From assembly GCA_045587025.1 (NCBI GenBank), contig JAZNBK010000059.1, forward strand, positions 20 through 64,019: a stretch of 64,000 nucleotides of DNA. Direction: 5' to 3'. Position numbers and translations under genes: made by a program. The notes beneath the pieces are model-generated. The model searched no databases. It was not told the DNA's origin and worked only from the letters and a program-made list of their open reading frames with translations. The stretch is from Eubacteriales bacterium. GTDB lineage: Bacteria; Bacillota; Clostridia; Oscillospirales; CAG-272. Below, piece by piece: positions 46,539 through 55,862 of this stretch; position 1 is the first letter of the stretch; each line of letters starts with the position of its first letter.

Positions 46539-47336
46539 ATGAAAAGGTCAATGACGGCGGTGGCGGCGCTTTTGCTTTTGCAGACGATGCTATCCCTGTT
46601 CTTTTCCGGCTTTTCGGGAATACTTCGGGAGCTGTCGGTTGTTTTGGCGTATCTGCTTCCCCTGCTTTTGTTCATCACTCCCTTTTTTAAGAGCTGCGAG
46701 AGCAATGACGAAATTGGATTTTCAGCAAAAAATGCGTTGCGCTTTATGCCGATTTTCCCGTTTTTTCTCACCTGCGTTATTATAATTTCGCTCTCGACCT
46801 CGCTTTTGTCAGGGCTCGTCGGATACGAGCCAAGTCCCGTAACCCCCTCCGACAGAATTTTTTTGTCGGTGTTCAGCGATATGCTTATTCCTGCGCTCTG
46901 CGAGGAGCTTTTGTGCAGATATGCGGTGTTGAAGCTTTTATCCCCCTACGGAAAGGGCGGAGCCGTCTTTGTCTCGGCGTTCCTTTTTGCGCTTATGCAC
47001 GCGAATTTTTATCAGATGCCCTACGCCTTCTTTGCGGGGCTTATGCTCGCCTCTCTGACACTCGCTTCAAAATCAATGGTAGTGCCGATAATCTTCCACG
47101 TGTTGAATAACTTGATTTCGGTTGCGCTGTTTTACCTGCCGCAAAACGTGGATATGTATATCTGCCTCGCCTTGATAGCGCTTTTGCCGATTTCGTTTAT
47201 CCTCGCCTTTAAGAACGGCGTTTATAACGAGTGCGTCAAAAATCTTTCGGACGGCAGCGCCTCTGCTATGCTGTTGAGCGCGGTTAGCTCGCCCCTGATT
47301 TTTTACGCGTTGTTTATGCTCGTCTTTGCCGTTTGA
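46539..47336 (+). CDS. CPBP-family intramembrane glutamic endopeptidase (CAAX protease-like, 265 aa)
   Basis: Start moved to ATG 46539 after GAGAGGGGGAAT. Motifs CEELLCRYAV, FALMHANF and IIFHVLNN. Confidence 0.8.
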   Translation: MKRSMTAVAALLLLQTMLSLFFSGFSGILRELSVVLAYLLPLLLFITPFFKSCESNDEIGFSAKNALRFMPIFPFFLTCVIIISLSTSLLSGLVGYEPSPVTPSDRIFLSVFSDMLIPALCEELLCRYAVLKLLSPYGKGGAVFVSAFLFALMHANFYQMPYAFFAGLMLASLTLASKSMVVPIIFHVLNNLISVALFYLPQNVDMYICLALIALLPISFILAFKNGVYNECVKNLSDGSASAMLLSAVSSPLIFYALFMLVFAV

Positions 47337-47362
47337 AAGAGAGCATATAGAGAGGGAAAAAT

Positions 47363-47854
47363 ATGTTTGAAAAGATAGAAAACGATAAATTGTTTATAAG
47401 CGACGAGCAGGACGAGCTTTTTATGAGAGAAGCGCTCGCTCTTGCGCAAGAGGCGAGAGAGATAGACGAGGTCCCCGTCGGCGCTATAATCGTTCATAAA
47501 GGAGAAATTATAGCGAGAGGGTATAATAAAAGAGAAACCGACAAGTGCGCTACGCACCACGCGGAGCTTCTTGCGATAGAAAAAGCGTGCCGTGTATTAG
47601 GCGGTTGGCGTCTCCCGAATTGCACGCTTTACGTTACATTAGAGCCCTGTCCCATGTGCGCGGGCGCTATAATAAATTCACGTATTGGCAGAGTGGTTTT
47701 CGGCGCGCCCGACAACCGCGCGGGCGCATTCGGTACTCTTTTTGACCTTAACGAGCTTCCTTTAAATCATAAGACGGAAGTAAAAAAGGACGTTTTGCGT
47801 GCAGAATGTGCCGATATACTGCGTGAATATTTCAGAGCGAAAAGGGAAAAATAA
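47363..47854 (+). CDS. tadA: tRNA adenosine(34) deaminase (163 aa)
   Basis: VPVGAIIV, HAELLAIEKA, LYVTLEPCPMCAGAI (zinc-binding CDA motifs). Confidence 0.92.
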   Translation: MFEKIENDKLFISDEQDELFMREALALAQEAREIDEVPVGAIIVHKGEIIARGYNKRETDKCATHHAELLAIEKACRVLGGWRLPNCTLYVTLEPCPMCAGAIINSRIGRVVFGAPDNRAGAFGTLFDLNELPLNHKTEVKKDVLRAECADILREYFRAKREK

Positions 47855-47897
47855 CGGCAAAAAACGGCGCGAAAAACGAGCGCCAAAAAGGAAAAAT

Positions 47898-48998
47898 ATG
47901 ATTACCGTTACCCACGTTCTTACAGACAGCAATATAGGCGGAGCGGGCGTTTTGCTTTGCAATTTGCTCGCTCATATTGATAAAAAAAAGATTTTTTCCC
48001 GCGTGGTTTTGCCGAAAAACGCGCGCCTCTCGCCGCGCATAAAAGAGCTCGGCGTTCCGCTTGTCGAGGCGGATATTAAGCCCGATTGCTCCTTTGCCGT
48101 CGGGGATTTTTTTAAATATTGCGACATCCTGGATAGATACCCCACAGAGATACTTCACACCCACGGCGCGCTCTGCGCTCGGCTCGCGGGGAAATATAAA
48201 AAAACGCCCGCTGTGCTTCTCACTCGGCACTGCGACACGGCGTTAAAAATACCAAGCTTTGTTTACAACAAAACGACCGACTGTACGATAGCGACCTCAA
48301 GGGCGCTGTACGACAGAATGGTCGGGTACGGCGTGGAAAGAGGGCGTCTGTGCTTTATACCGAACGGAGCTGCCGAGCAAAAGGAGATAAGCGAAAAAAG
48401 AAAAGAGGAATTGAGAAGACGTCTTTCGATAAGCGAGGGCGACTTCGTTTTGGGAACTGTCGGAAGATTAGAGGAAATAAAAGGGCAGTCGGTTTTTCTG
48501 GATGCGGCGGCAGAGCTGCTGAAAAAGAGAGAGAACTGCGTGTTTCTGATAGTAGGACGAGGGAGCAAAAGGCAGGAGCTTGAAGCGCAGAGCAGAGCGC
48601 TCGGCATTTCCGAAAAGGTCCGCTTCTGCGGACATAGCGACAAGGTCGGCGAGCTTTTAAATCTCTTTACCGTTTTTATAAACGCATCGCTCGGCTCCGA
48701 GACCTCCTCTCTCGCAATTTCGGAAGCGATGAGCTTGGGTATTCCCGTCGTGGCGTCCGATATCGAGGGGAACGGATATATGCTTAATTACGGAAGCTGC
48801 GGACTGTTGTTTGAAAACAAAAATCCGAGAGAGCTATCGAACCAATTGTTGAAGCTTCTCGACGACAAGGAAAAAAGGCGCTTGATCGGCGAAGCGGGAA
48901 AAAACAGATATAAAAACGAACTTACGCCAAAAACAATGGCGAGGAGGTACGAAGAGGTGTATCTCTCGCTCGCGCGAGAAAGGGAAGGTCGGTTTTAG
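47898..48998 (+). CDS. Family 4 (GT-B) glycosyltransferase (366 aa)
   Basis: Start moved to ATG 47898 (MITVTHVLTDSNIGGAGV). C-terminal E-x7-E region ETSSLAISEAMSLGIPVVASDIEGNGYML. Confidence 0.8.
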   Translation: MITVTHVLTDSNIGGAGVLLCNLLAHIDKKKIFSRVVLPKNARLSPRIKELGVPLVEADIKPDCSFAVGDFFKYCDILDRYPTEILHTHGALCARLAGKYKKTPAVLLTRHCDTALKIPSFVYNKTTDCTIATSRALYDRMVGYGVERGRLCFIPNGAAEQKEISEKRKEELRRRLSISEGDFVLGTVGRLEEIKGQSVFLDAAAELLKKRENCVFLIVGRGSKRQELEAQSRALGISEKVRFCGHSDKVGELLNLFTVFINASLGSETSSLAISEAMSLGIPVVASDIEGNGYMLNYGSCGLLFENKNPRELSNQLLKLLDDKEKRRLIGEAGKNRYKNELTPKTMARRYEEVYLSLAREREGRF

Positions 48999-49040
48999 GG
49001 GATGCCGCGCTTTTTAGACGCTCTGTGGTATGCCAAAGCC

Positions 49041-49215
49041 GCGGCGGGCAAAAACGGCAAAAACCGTAAATAAAAATAGTCAAAACGAGCAAAAACGTCA
49101 AAAAATCGCCCAAAAACCGCAAATGCAAAGAAAGATTTACAAAAGTGCTGTTTTTTGGCTTTTGAAGCCACAAAATCGACCTTTAAAAAAGCGTGTTTTT
49201 TTCAAAAACCTTCCT
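49041..49215 (+). repeat. Array of ~10-bp-phased A-tracts (array A), followed by a TA-only block and a polypurine leader
   Basis: A4-6 runs begin at about 49050, 49059, 49072, 49082, 49091, 49100, 49112, 49121, 49131 and 49140. Then 49219-49290 is almost pure T/A, and 49343-49378 is a 36-nt uninterrupted purine run ending at the traX ATG. Confidence 0.7.
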
Positions 49216-49377
49216 TTTTATTATATATAATATAAATATAAATTATATATACTAAAGTTATATATTAACAATAATAACAGATAACGTATATGCTATAAAG
49301 AGATATAAAAGCAAAAAAAGGAAAAAGGAAACCGTATAAGGCGAAAAAAGAAAAAGGGAAAGGAAAAGAAAAGGGAA

Positions 49378-50049
49378 ATGAAAACAATTCGGCTTCTGAA
49401 CGGCAATATGCTGAAAATGATAGCTATGATAACAATGACGGTAGACCACGTCGGGCTTTTGCTCCTTGACGATTTTTTGCCGTTTCGGATTATAGGACGC
49501 ATCTCTTTTCCGATTTACGCATATCTTATTGTCGAGGGCTGCGTTTACACCCGGCGAAAGCTCCGCCGTTTTCTCGAGGTGTTTCTGCTTGGAGCAATCT
49601 GCCAGCTTGCCTATTTTGTGGCGGAGGGAGATTTCTATTTTAACGTACTGCTCACCTTTTCGGTCTCGATACCGCTCGTCTATCTGGTAGAGGCGTGCAA
49701 AAAGGAAGCAAGACGGGCGCTTCTTCTGCTCCCGACGGTCGCTGCTGCCGCGCTTTGCCTTTTGCTTGAAAGGGTAGGTGTCGTTTTCGACTACGGATGC
49801 GTCGGCATCCTGCTTCCGCCCCTGATAGCGCTCGGACGGGGAGAAAATCAAAGGGCGGCTCTATTCACTCTCGGGATAGCAGCTCTCTCGCTTGCGTCGG
49901 GCGTTTGGTATCAATGGTTTTCTCTTGCTGCCGTTATTCCTGTCCTTATGTATAACGGAGAAAGGGGACGGCACAATATCAAGTATCTCTTCTACGCCTT
50001 CTATCCCTTACATATGCTCGTTATCTGGTTCATCTCGCTTTTTCTCTGA
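49378..50049 (+). CDS. TraX-family membrane protein (223 aa)
   Basis: LKMIAMITMTVDHVGLLLL and the polytopic profile are TraX-like. Confidence 0.65.
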   Translation: MKTIRLLNGNMLKMIAMITMTVDHVGLLLLDDFLPFRIIGRISFPIYAYLIVEGCVYTRRKLRRFLEVFLLGAICQLAYFVAEGDFYFNVLLTFSVSIPLVYLVEACKKEARRALLLLPTVAAAALCLLLERVGVVFDYGCVGILLPPLIALGRGENQRAALFTLGIAALSLASGVWYQWFSLAAVIPVLMYNGERGRHNIKYLFYAFYPLHMLVIWFISLFL

Positions 50050-50089
50050 AGCTGTATAGGCGAGCGCCGCCTCGCTTGCGCTTCGTGTA

Positions 50090-50301
50090 TAAAACGAAAA
50101 AATGCCAAAAAACCCCTTTTTTAAGCCACAAAACAGAGAAAAAAGGCAATTTTTTAAAAAATTTTATAAAAATGTTGAAAAAAAGCGAAAAAAGCGAAAA
50201 AGCAAGAGAGCATACTGCTTTTTTGACCAAAAAAACAGCGAATTTTTTGTTCGTAAAGCACAAAAACCGGCTTTTCACCGAAAAAAATTAAAAAAAGGGT
50301 A
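50090..50301 (+). repeat. Array of ~10-bp-phased A-tracts (array B) abutting the lipoprotein promoter
   Basis: A-runs start at about 50097, 50107, 50130, 50139, 50156, 50168, 50178, 50188, 50197, 50229, 50262, 50281 and 50291, with T-runs at intervening phases. Confidence 0.7.
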
Positions 50302-50330
50302 TTGACAAACAAAAACCGCTATGCTATAAT
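50302..50330 (+). promoter_or_regulatory. Consensus sigma-A promoter (TTGACA, 17 nt, TGcTATAAT)
   Basis: Exact -35 and -10 hexamers, 17-nt spacer and TG extension read directly. The 5' UTR begins with a 7-bp hairpin TCGAGAT/ATCTCGA (50338-50365), and a strong SD (TAGGAGG) precedes ATG 50404. Confidence 0.75.
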
Positions 50331-50403
50331 TAAGCAGTCGAGAGATAAGGTGACTCAAATCTCGAGTAAAAACCGAAACAAATTTTTTAGGAGGTTCCAA
50401 ACC

Positions 50404-53400
50404 ATGAAAAACGCAAATTCTCGTTTTGTTAGAGTTCTTGCCTTGGTACTCGTAGTACTTATGGTAGTTCCTGCCGCTTTGGTAGGTTGTGGCTCTAAGA
50501 AAGCAAATGACGCCGCTATTTCAGAGGCACTTGCAGCTGCACAGGCAGCTAAGGAAGCAGCTGAACAGGCGAAGAAAGACGCAGAAGCTGCAATCAAAGA
50601 AGCTGAGGAAAAAGCTCAGGCCGCTTTGGATGCTGCGAAAGAAGCACAGGACAAACTTAACGCTCTTACCACCACAGGCCCTGTTACAGAAGCGCCCGTT
50701 GTTGGTAATAAGAAGGAAGTTTCCGACTATGCTTACAAGGTTCTTAACGAAAACACCCTTGACTTCTTGAAGACATACATTATGTATGCTTACGGTGCAA
50801 AGGAAGATGCAGTTAAAGACTTTGACTTTGACGATGAGAAAAATATCCTCAACAACGATGAGTACACGAGAGACGACGTTGTGGCAATGATAGAGCTTTA
50901 TGATCGCACGGTTGTTGCTATCATGCAGGCAGACACTATCGATTACATCAACCAGTTGGTTGCTAACTTCGTTGCTGAAATCGAGGCAATTCCTACATAC
51001 GTAGAGCGCGTTGTTGCTGCTTACGAGGCAATTGATTTTGATAGCGACTACGACGTAATCGACGTTGTTTACGCTTTCAATCTTATCGCAAAGGCAGATT
51101 ATGAAAATGGCCTCTCCACTGATCCTATGTTGAAAGATGACTTCGATTCTCTTGAACAATACGGCGAGGATGCGATTAACATTGTAGAAGACATTAAAAC
51201 TGAATACGACCGTTACACCGGCGTAAGCGGATTAGTAGATGAAGATGATGTTCTTTATAACGATATGTTCGTAGCAGCTGGTAATGTTGCTGTAAAGGTA
51301 TACGAACTCTTCACTGGAGAGGAAAGCCATGATCTTACAGGCGATGAGAAGTGGGATGCAAGCAAGCTTCCTTATGTAAAGGACATCGATAAGAACGTTG
51401 CTGCTGTTAAGAAGGCATATACCACTTGGTACAATACTTACTTTGCAAAGGATGAAGCTCTTGCAGCTCATTTTGAAGCATTCCGTCAGGCGTTCGTCGG
51501 TGAAGCATTCATCTTGGACGAGGAAGGCGACTTCTTGTGGGCTTTAGTAGAAGCATCTGAGGAAAGAGCTGCTGATCTCGTAGCTGCTGTTCAGGAATAT
51601 AAGGATACTTTGAAGTCCCTTGTAAGCGATGTTGCCTCCATTAAAACAATTAAATACTGGTTGCAGGCAGACAAGGTTGCTGCAGCTGAAGCTGCTCTCG
51701 ATGCTTGGAAGCTTGAATACGGATTCAAGACCGCTGACGGTGAAGATGACGACAACGTTAAAGCCATCATGGATGATGTAAAGGCGGGCTCATACGAAAG
51801 TTATAATGACAACGCTGACGCAATCAACTACTTCGTATATCTTGCAAACAACGCATCTGCTGTAAACGCAGAGGGCTTTGTAAAGGCATATGAGGAAGAT
51901 CTTCTTGATGACGACACTATCATGTTCGATTTTGTTAAGTATGCAAGCGCAGTAACCTCTGTTCTTGATTGGTACTATGGCAAGAGAGACAGTGACGGTA
52001 AATGGGTTGAAGGAGCAAAGGGCGCTTTCAAGGATATAGTTGCTAAAAATGTTAAGGGCTTTGAATCTTTGAAAAAAGAAGACTTTAACGTTGCTGAATT
52101 GGCTAAACCTGAAAACCCATATCACGACAATCTCGAGAGAATATACAAGGATGTCTTTGGCTTTGTTATCACTGACGCTGACTTCGAAGATATGAAGGGT
52201 GCTTATAACACTCTTGCTGCTGTGAAGAAACAAGCTGACGAGATCAACAAGACAATGGAAAAGATTCTTGATAACGGTGTTTCTGGAAAGAATTATAATG
52301 AATTTGCAGGTATCGCAGGCAAAGACTACTTAGAGTATGTTGACGCTGACGAAGACGAAAAGTTATCTATCCTTTACGGCGATAACAAGATCGCAAAGCT
52401 GTTTATCAAATCAGAACCTGATCCTAAAGATGAAACAAATACTATTTATACATTTGTATATGGCGACAAGAACTTTGAGTCAATGATTGACTGGGATAAG
52501 CTCGACGCTATCTGGGATGCTTACACCGGCGGTCTTGCTGACGTAATCGAGCAAGCTGAAAAGATCGTTCTTGAGTACATTGCTTGGAAGAATGGTCCTG
52601 CTGCTACAGAAGACGGCATAAAATATGAGGGCGTTCTTTTTGGAGATCTTGAGCCCCTCTATATTGATGCATTCTCTTACAGCACAGTTGCTGAAATTGT
52701 TGCTCTCAAGGATAAGCTCGATATTATAAACGTTATGGACGGCGACGTTCCTGTTGAGGTTACGCTTGAAGGCGAAGACGAAGAAGAAGTCAAAGTTTCT
52801 CTTGAACAAGTTGTAGCAATGTGCACAGAAATGAGAGACCACTTCTACAATCAGATCTTTGAGAAGATTCAGGCAGTAGTTTGGGGCAAAGTTGACGGAA
52901 CAGGTGTTAATAATTTTGCTACTTTCAATGCTAAATACACAGAGTGGATGCAAGAGACTGGCCGTCACGAACCTGATGCGAAAGAATATAAAGAGTTTGG
53001 TACAGTAGCAGAGGGTTATGTTGATTCTGTTTTGAACAGCTTCAAATTTAAGTCGGCAAAAGCATACAAAGTTGGTTCAACAACGTATTCTTATGAGAAT
53101 GCTGTTAAATCTGTAAATCCTTATCCTTTCATGAAAGCAAATGCAAACGACAATTTTGAAAGCTTTGATAGCGCTGGTTATAAGAAAGCTATCGAGGATA
53201 AGCTTGCTGCATATTATCCGACTTGGCTTGCAGAGTATATTAAGGATGTAAAGAATGCAAGCAGCTACACTACGATTATAAATAACATTTCCACCATTGC
53301 TTTGAATCACGGCCTCTGGAAGGTTTCCGGCGACTTTGAAATCGGCGGCGACAAATATAGCTATACTTACGGCTCTGTAAACGGTATAGAGGCAGTATTC

Positions 53401-54096
53401 TACTTAGAAGATAGATGGGGCGAAGAAGTTGAAAAAACTGCAGGCGAATACGTTGTTGAGTATGTTGATAGCGAAGAAAATACTTACAATGTAACTGTTA
53501 AAGCGGTGGTTTCTGACGGTACAGTTCAAATTGATCTTATTGTCGGTGCTGAAATTGACAAAAATCTCTATCCCACACATTACGATTTCCTTGGATTAGA
53601 CGAGGATGAGTTTATTTTTGACGTTCGTGAACAGGCAGAAACTATTGCTAACGCATTTGCAAAGATTGGCAACGTTAAGAAACCTGGCGGCACTACGAAT
53701 TATAACTCTGTAACGGCAGATACCTTGAACGCGATCTTCGCTGGCGAAGCACAGAACGATTTCTGGGTTGAATATAACTCCTATGGAGCTATGATGTTTA
53801 CGAAGAATAGCAACGGAAACTGGAGCAGATATGGCTTAGATTACCTTGCAAATCTCCTCGGAGTTGAAGAACCCAATTACGACGAAAATACTAAAACGGA
53901 TAACCTCGGTCTTGACGATGCTACAAAAGCTACAATCGAGTTGTTGTCTAAAGAAGCTTATGATAGAGCTCTGATTTTGGATGCTTCCAATGCTTCTATC
54001 GAAGACATTGAGACAGTATTTAAGCTCTATGAGAAAGAGGTTAAGGCAACTCTTAAAGATGCTGGATACACACTTGTTCAACCCGTTGTTGACTGA
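50404..54096 (+). CDS. Giant acidic surface lipoprotein, no recognised domain (1230 aa)
   Basis: ORF 50302..54096 trimmed to ATG 50404 (MKNANSRFVRVLALVLVVLMVVPAALVGCGSKK: signal peptide plus lipobox). An A/E/K coiled-coil (AAAQAAKEAAEQAKKDAEAAIKEAEEKAQAALDAAKEAQDKL) is followed by more than 1100 aa rich in D/E/Y/N/A. Codon choice is shifted to T/A-ending codons, as in ptsH. Confidence 0.8.
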   Translation: MKNANSRFVRVLALVLVVLMVVPAALVGCGSKKANDAAISEALAAAQAAKEAAEQAKKDAEAAIKEAEEKAQAALDAAKEAQDKLNALTTTGPVTEAPVVGNKKEVSDYAYKVLNENTLDFLKTYIMYAYGAKEDAVKDFDFDDEKNILNNDEYTRDDVVAMIELYDRTVVAIMQADTIDYINQLVANFVAEIEAIPTYVERVVAAYEAIDFDSDYDVIDVVYAFNLIAKADYENGLSTDPMLKDDFDSLEQYGEDAINIVEDIKTEYDRYTGVSGLVDEDDVLYNDMFVAAGNVAVKVYELFTGEESHDLTGDEKWDASKLPYVKDIDKNVAAVKKAYTTWYNTYFAKDEALAAHFEAFRQAFVGEAFILDEEGDFLWALVEASEERAADLVAAVQEYKDTLKSLVSDVASIKTIKYWLQADKVAAAEAALDAWKLEYGFKTADGEDDDNVKAIMDDVKAGSYESYNDNADAINYFVYLANNASAVNAEGFVKAYEEDLLDDDTIMFDFVKYASAVTSVLDWYYGKRDSDGKWVEGAKGAFKDIVAKNVKGFESLKKEDFNVAELAKPENPYHDNLERIYKDVFGFVITDADFEDMKGAYNTLAAVKKQADEINKTMEKILDNGVSGKNYNEFAGIAGKDYLEYVDADEDEKLSILYGDNKIAKLFIKSEPDPKDETNTIYTFVYGDKNFESMIDWDKLDAIWDAYTGGLADVIEQAEKIVLEYIAWKNGPAATEDGIKYEGVLFGDLEPLYIDAFSYSTVAEIVALKDKLDIINVMDGDVPVEVTLEGEDEEEVKVSLEQVVAMCTEMRDHFYNQIFEKIQAVVWGKVDGTGVNNFATFNAKYTEWMQETGRHEPDAKEYKEFGTVAEGYVDSVLNSFKFKSAKAYKVGSTTYSYENAVKSVNPYPFMKANANDNFESFDSAGYKKAIEDKLAAYYPTWLAEYIKDVKNASSYTTIINNISTIALNHGLWKVSGDFEIGGDKYSYTYGSVNGIEAVFYLEDRWGEEVEKTAGEYVVEYVDSEENTYNVTVKAVVSDGTVQIDLIVGAEIDKNLYPTHYDFLGLDEDEFIFDVREQAETIANAFAKIGNVKKPGGTTNYNSVTADTLNAIFAGEAQNDFWVEYNSYGAMMFTKNSNGNWSRYGLDYLANLLGVEEPNYDENTKTDNLGLDDATKATIELLSKEAYDRALILDASNASIEDIETVFKLYEKEVKATLKDAGYTLVQPVVD

Positions 54097-54180
54097 TCCT
54101 ATAAACTAAGGTTTCAATCTTAGAGAATATCGATAAGTTCGATTTAATTTAACATTTCCGACAGTAAAATGTCGAATATC

Positions 54181-54228
54181 AAGGAACCTCTTGGGCGCTT
54201 GTCGCCCATTAGGTTCCTTTGGTTTTTA
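54181..54228 (+). terminator. Rho-independent terminator after the giant lipoprotein gene
   Basis: Stem AAGGAACCT/AGGTTCCTT with inner GGGCG/CGCCC, followed by TGGTTTTT. Confidence 0.8.
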
Positions 54229-54231
54229 TAT

Positions 54232-54380
54232 AAAAAAGAAGTCCTTCACTTTGATGCGGCGCTAATAGCGCAAGTTTGCACAAGGAAAGGACTTCTTTTT
54301 GATATAAAACGGCTTTTTTATTTAAAAAGGGTTTGTTTTCTGTATTAAAGCCCTTTTGGATATAGAAAAGCCGTCTTTTT
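54232..54380. terminator. Two further long terminator-like hairpins between convergent genes
   Basis: Hairpin 54237-54296 (AGAAGTCCTT/AAGGACTTCT) is flanked by an A-run and a T-run. Hairpin 54309-54374 (ACGGCTTTT/AAAAGCCGT) is followed by CTTTTT. Confidence 0.55.
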
Positions 54381-54562
54381 AATATTTAATTGAGGAAAAT
54401 TCTGCCTTGCTTTGCTTCAGCTTGGCTTTTTTGAATTGGCTTTGGCTCGTCTTGGAGATAGAGGGCTCGCCTGCTTTCGTAATATCATATGAAATAAAAA
54501 GACGGGGAGTTGCCTTTAATCTTTAAAGCTTTGGAGAAAATATGCTACGGTTAGTAATCTTA

Positions 54563-55846
54563 CTATTGCAGCGTTTTAAGGGCGCATATAGCGTCTGTAA
54601 GCTCCTCATACATATAGAGAGAGCCGAGGGCTATTATCGGGGCGTTATCGGCGCGTGAGGCGCTAATACAGCGCGTTAGCGCGTCTTTTATAGTGTGACA
54701 GGGGTAGGAAGCCACGCCAAGCTCAGAAAAGGCGCAGGCGTATTCCACGGCGCCGAGAGCGCGCGGGTTGTTTGGGGAGACGGTATAGACCTCAAGGGCA
54801 ACTTCGGATATGCGCTCCGCTATATACGAATAATCCTTATCCTTCATTACGCCCGTAAGAACGCGTACCTTTTTTTCGGGAAAATATTGCTTTATACTCT
54901 CGATAGCGGCAGAAACTCCCTCGGGATTATGCCCGCCGTCAAAAACTATTATCGGCTCGCGCGAGAGCAGTTCAAATCTTGCGCGCCAGACAGTCGTCCG
55001 TAGCCCGTCTCTGAGCGCCCCTTCGCTTATATCAAAGTGAAGCTCGTTAAGCACTTCAACGGCAGTTATAACGTTTACGCAATTTTGCACCTGATATGCG
55101 CCGAGGAGCTTTATTTCAAGGCGTTTATATTTACCGAAGGAAAATACGGTTTTATCGATCGACAAGGATATATCGCTTACACTTGAACGGTCGACGCAGG
55201 AGAAGCGACAAGAAAGAGACGCCGCTTTTTCTTCTATCACGCGCTCAGCAATCTCGTCTGCGCCGCAAAACAAGACAGGAGCGCCCGGCTTGCAAATTCC
55301 CGCCTTCTCCTCGGCTATTTTTTCAATAGTATCTCCGAGAATGGCGGTATGGTCGAGCGCAATTCCCGTAATTACCGAAAGGACAGGGGTTTTTATAATA
55401 TTGGTAGCGTCAAGGCGGCCGCCAAGCCCGACCTCGAGTACGACGATATCGCAGGCGTTGCGATAAAAATATTCAAAAGCGACGGCAGAGATAAGCTCAA
55501 ATTCGGTGGGCTTGTCCTGCATTTCTTCCGCAAAGCGCCGAACGTGGCTGACTATCTCGGCAAGCTCGGAGTTCGATATCATCTCGCCGTTTATCGACAT
55601 TCTTTCATTGAAGTATTTGACGTACGGGGAGGTATATAGCCCCGTCTTGTAGCCCGCCCTTTGCAGAATGCTGCTCAGCATAGCGCAGAATGAGCCCTTT
55701 CCGTTCGTGCCTGCGACGTGTATAAAACGGAGCTTGTCCTGCGGATTTCCCATTTTTTCGAGAAGCTCCGAAATTCTTTCCAAGCCGGGACGGCTCCCCG
55801 TCCAGCTAACTGCGTGAATATAATTTATAGTTTCCTCGTAATTCAT
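54563..55846 (-). CDS. folC: Folylpolyglutamate synthase / dihydrofolate synthase (427 aa)
   Basis: HVAGTNGKGS P-loop, LYTSPYVKYFNERM, and Mur-ligase middle and C-terminal domains. Downstream of folT. Confidence 0.9.
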   Translation of the reverse strand: MNYEETINYIHAVSWTGSRPGLERISELLEKMGNPQDKLRFIHVAGTNGKGSFCAMLSSILQRAGYKTGLYTSPYVKYFNERMSINGEMISNSELAEIVSHVRRFAEEMQDKPTEFELISAVAFEYFYRNACDIVVLEVGLGGRLDATNIIKTPVLSVITGIALDHTAILGDTIEKIAEEKAGICKPGAPVLFCGADEIAERVIEEKAASLSCRFSCVDRSSVSDISLSIDKTVFSFGKYKRLEIKLLGAYQVQNCVNVITAVEVLNELHFDISEGALRDGLRTTVWRARFELLSREPIIVFDGGHNPEGVSAAIESIKQYFPEKKVRVLTGVMKDKDYSYIAERISEVALEVYTVSPNNPRALGAVEYACAFSELGVASYPCHTIKDALTRCISASRADNAPIIALGSLYMYEELTDAICALKTLQ

Positions 55847-55862
55847 TTTCTACTCGCTCGCA

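Noticed and set aside
49219-49290. Second replication origin or plasmid-type ori, suggested by the T/A-only block resembling the oriC DUE
   Set aside because: There are no adjacent TAG trios, GC cluster, DnaA-box-like repeats or initiator gene. The similarity is a low-complexity 12-mer only. It is kept as a compositional oddity, not an origin call.
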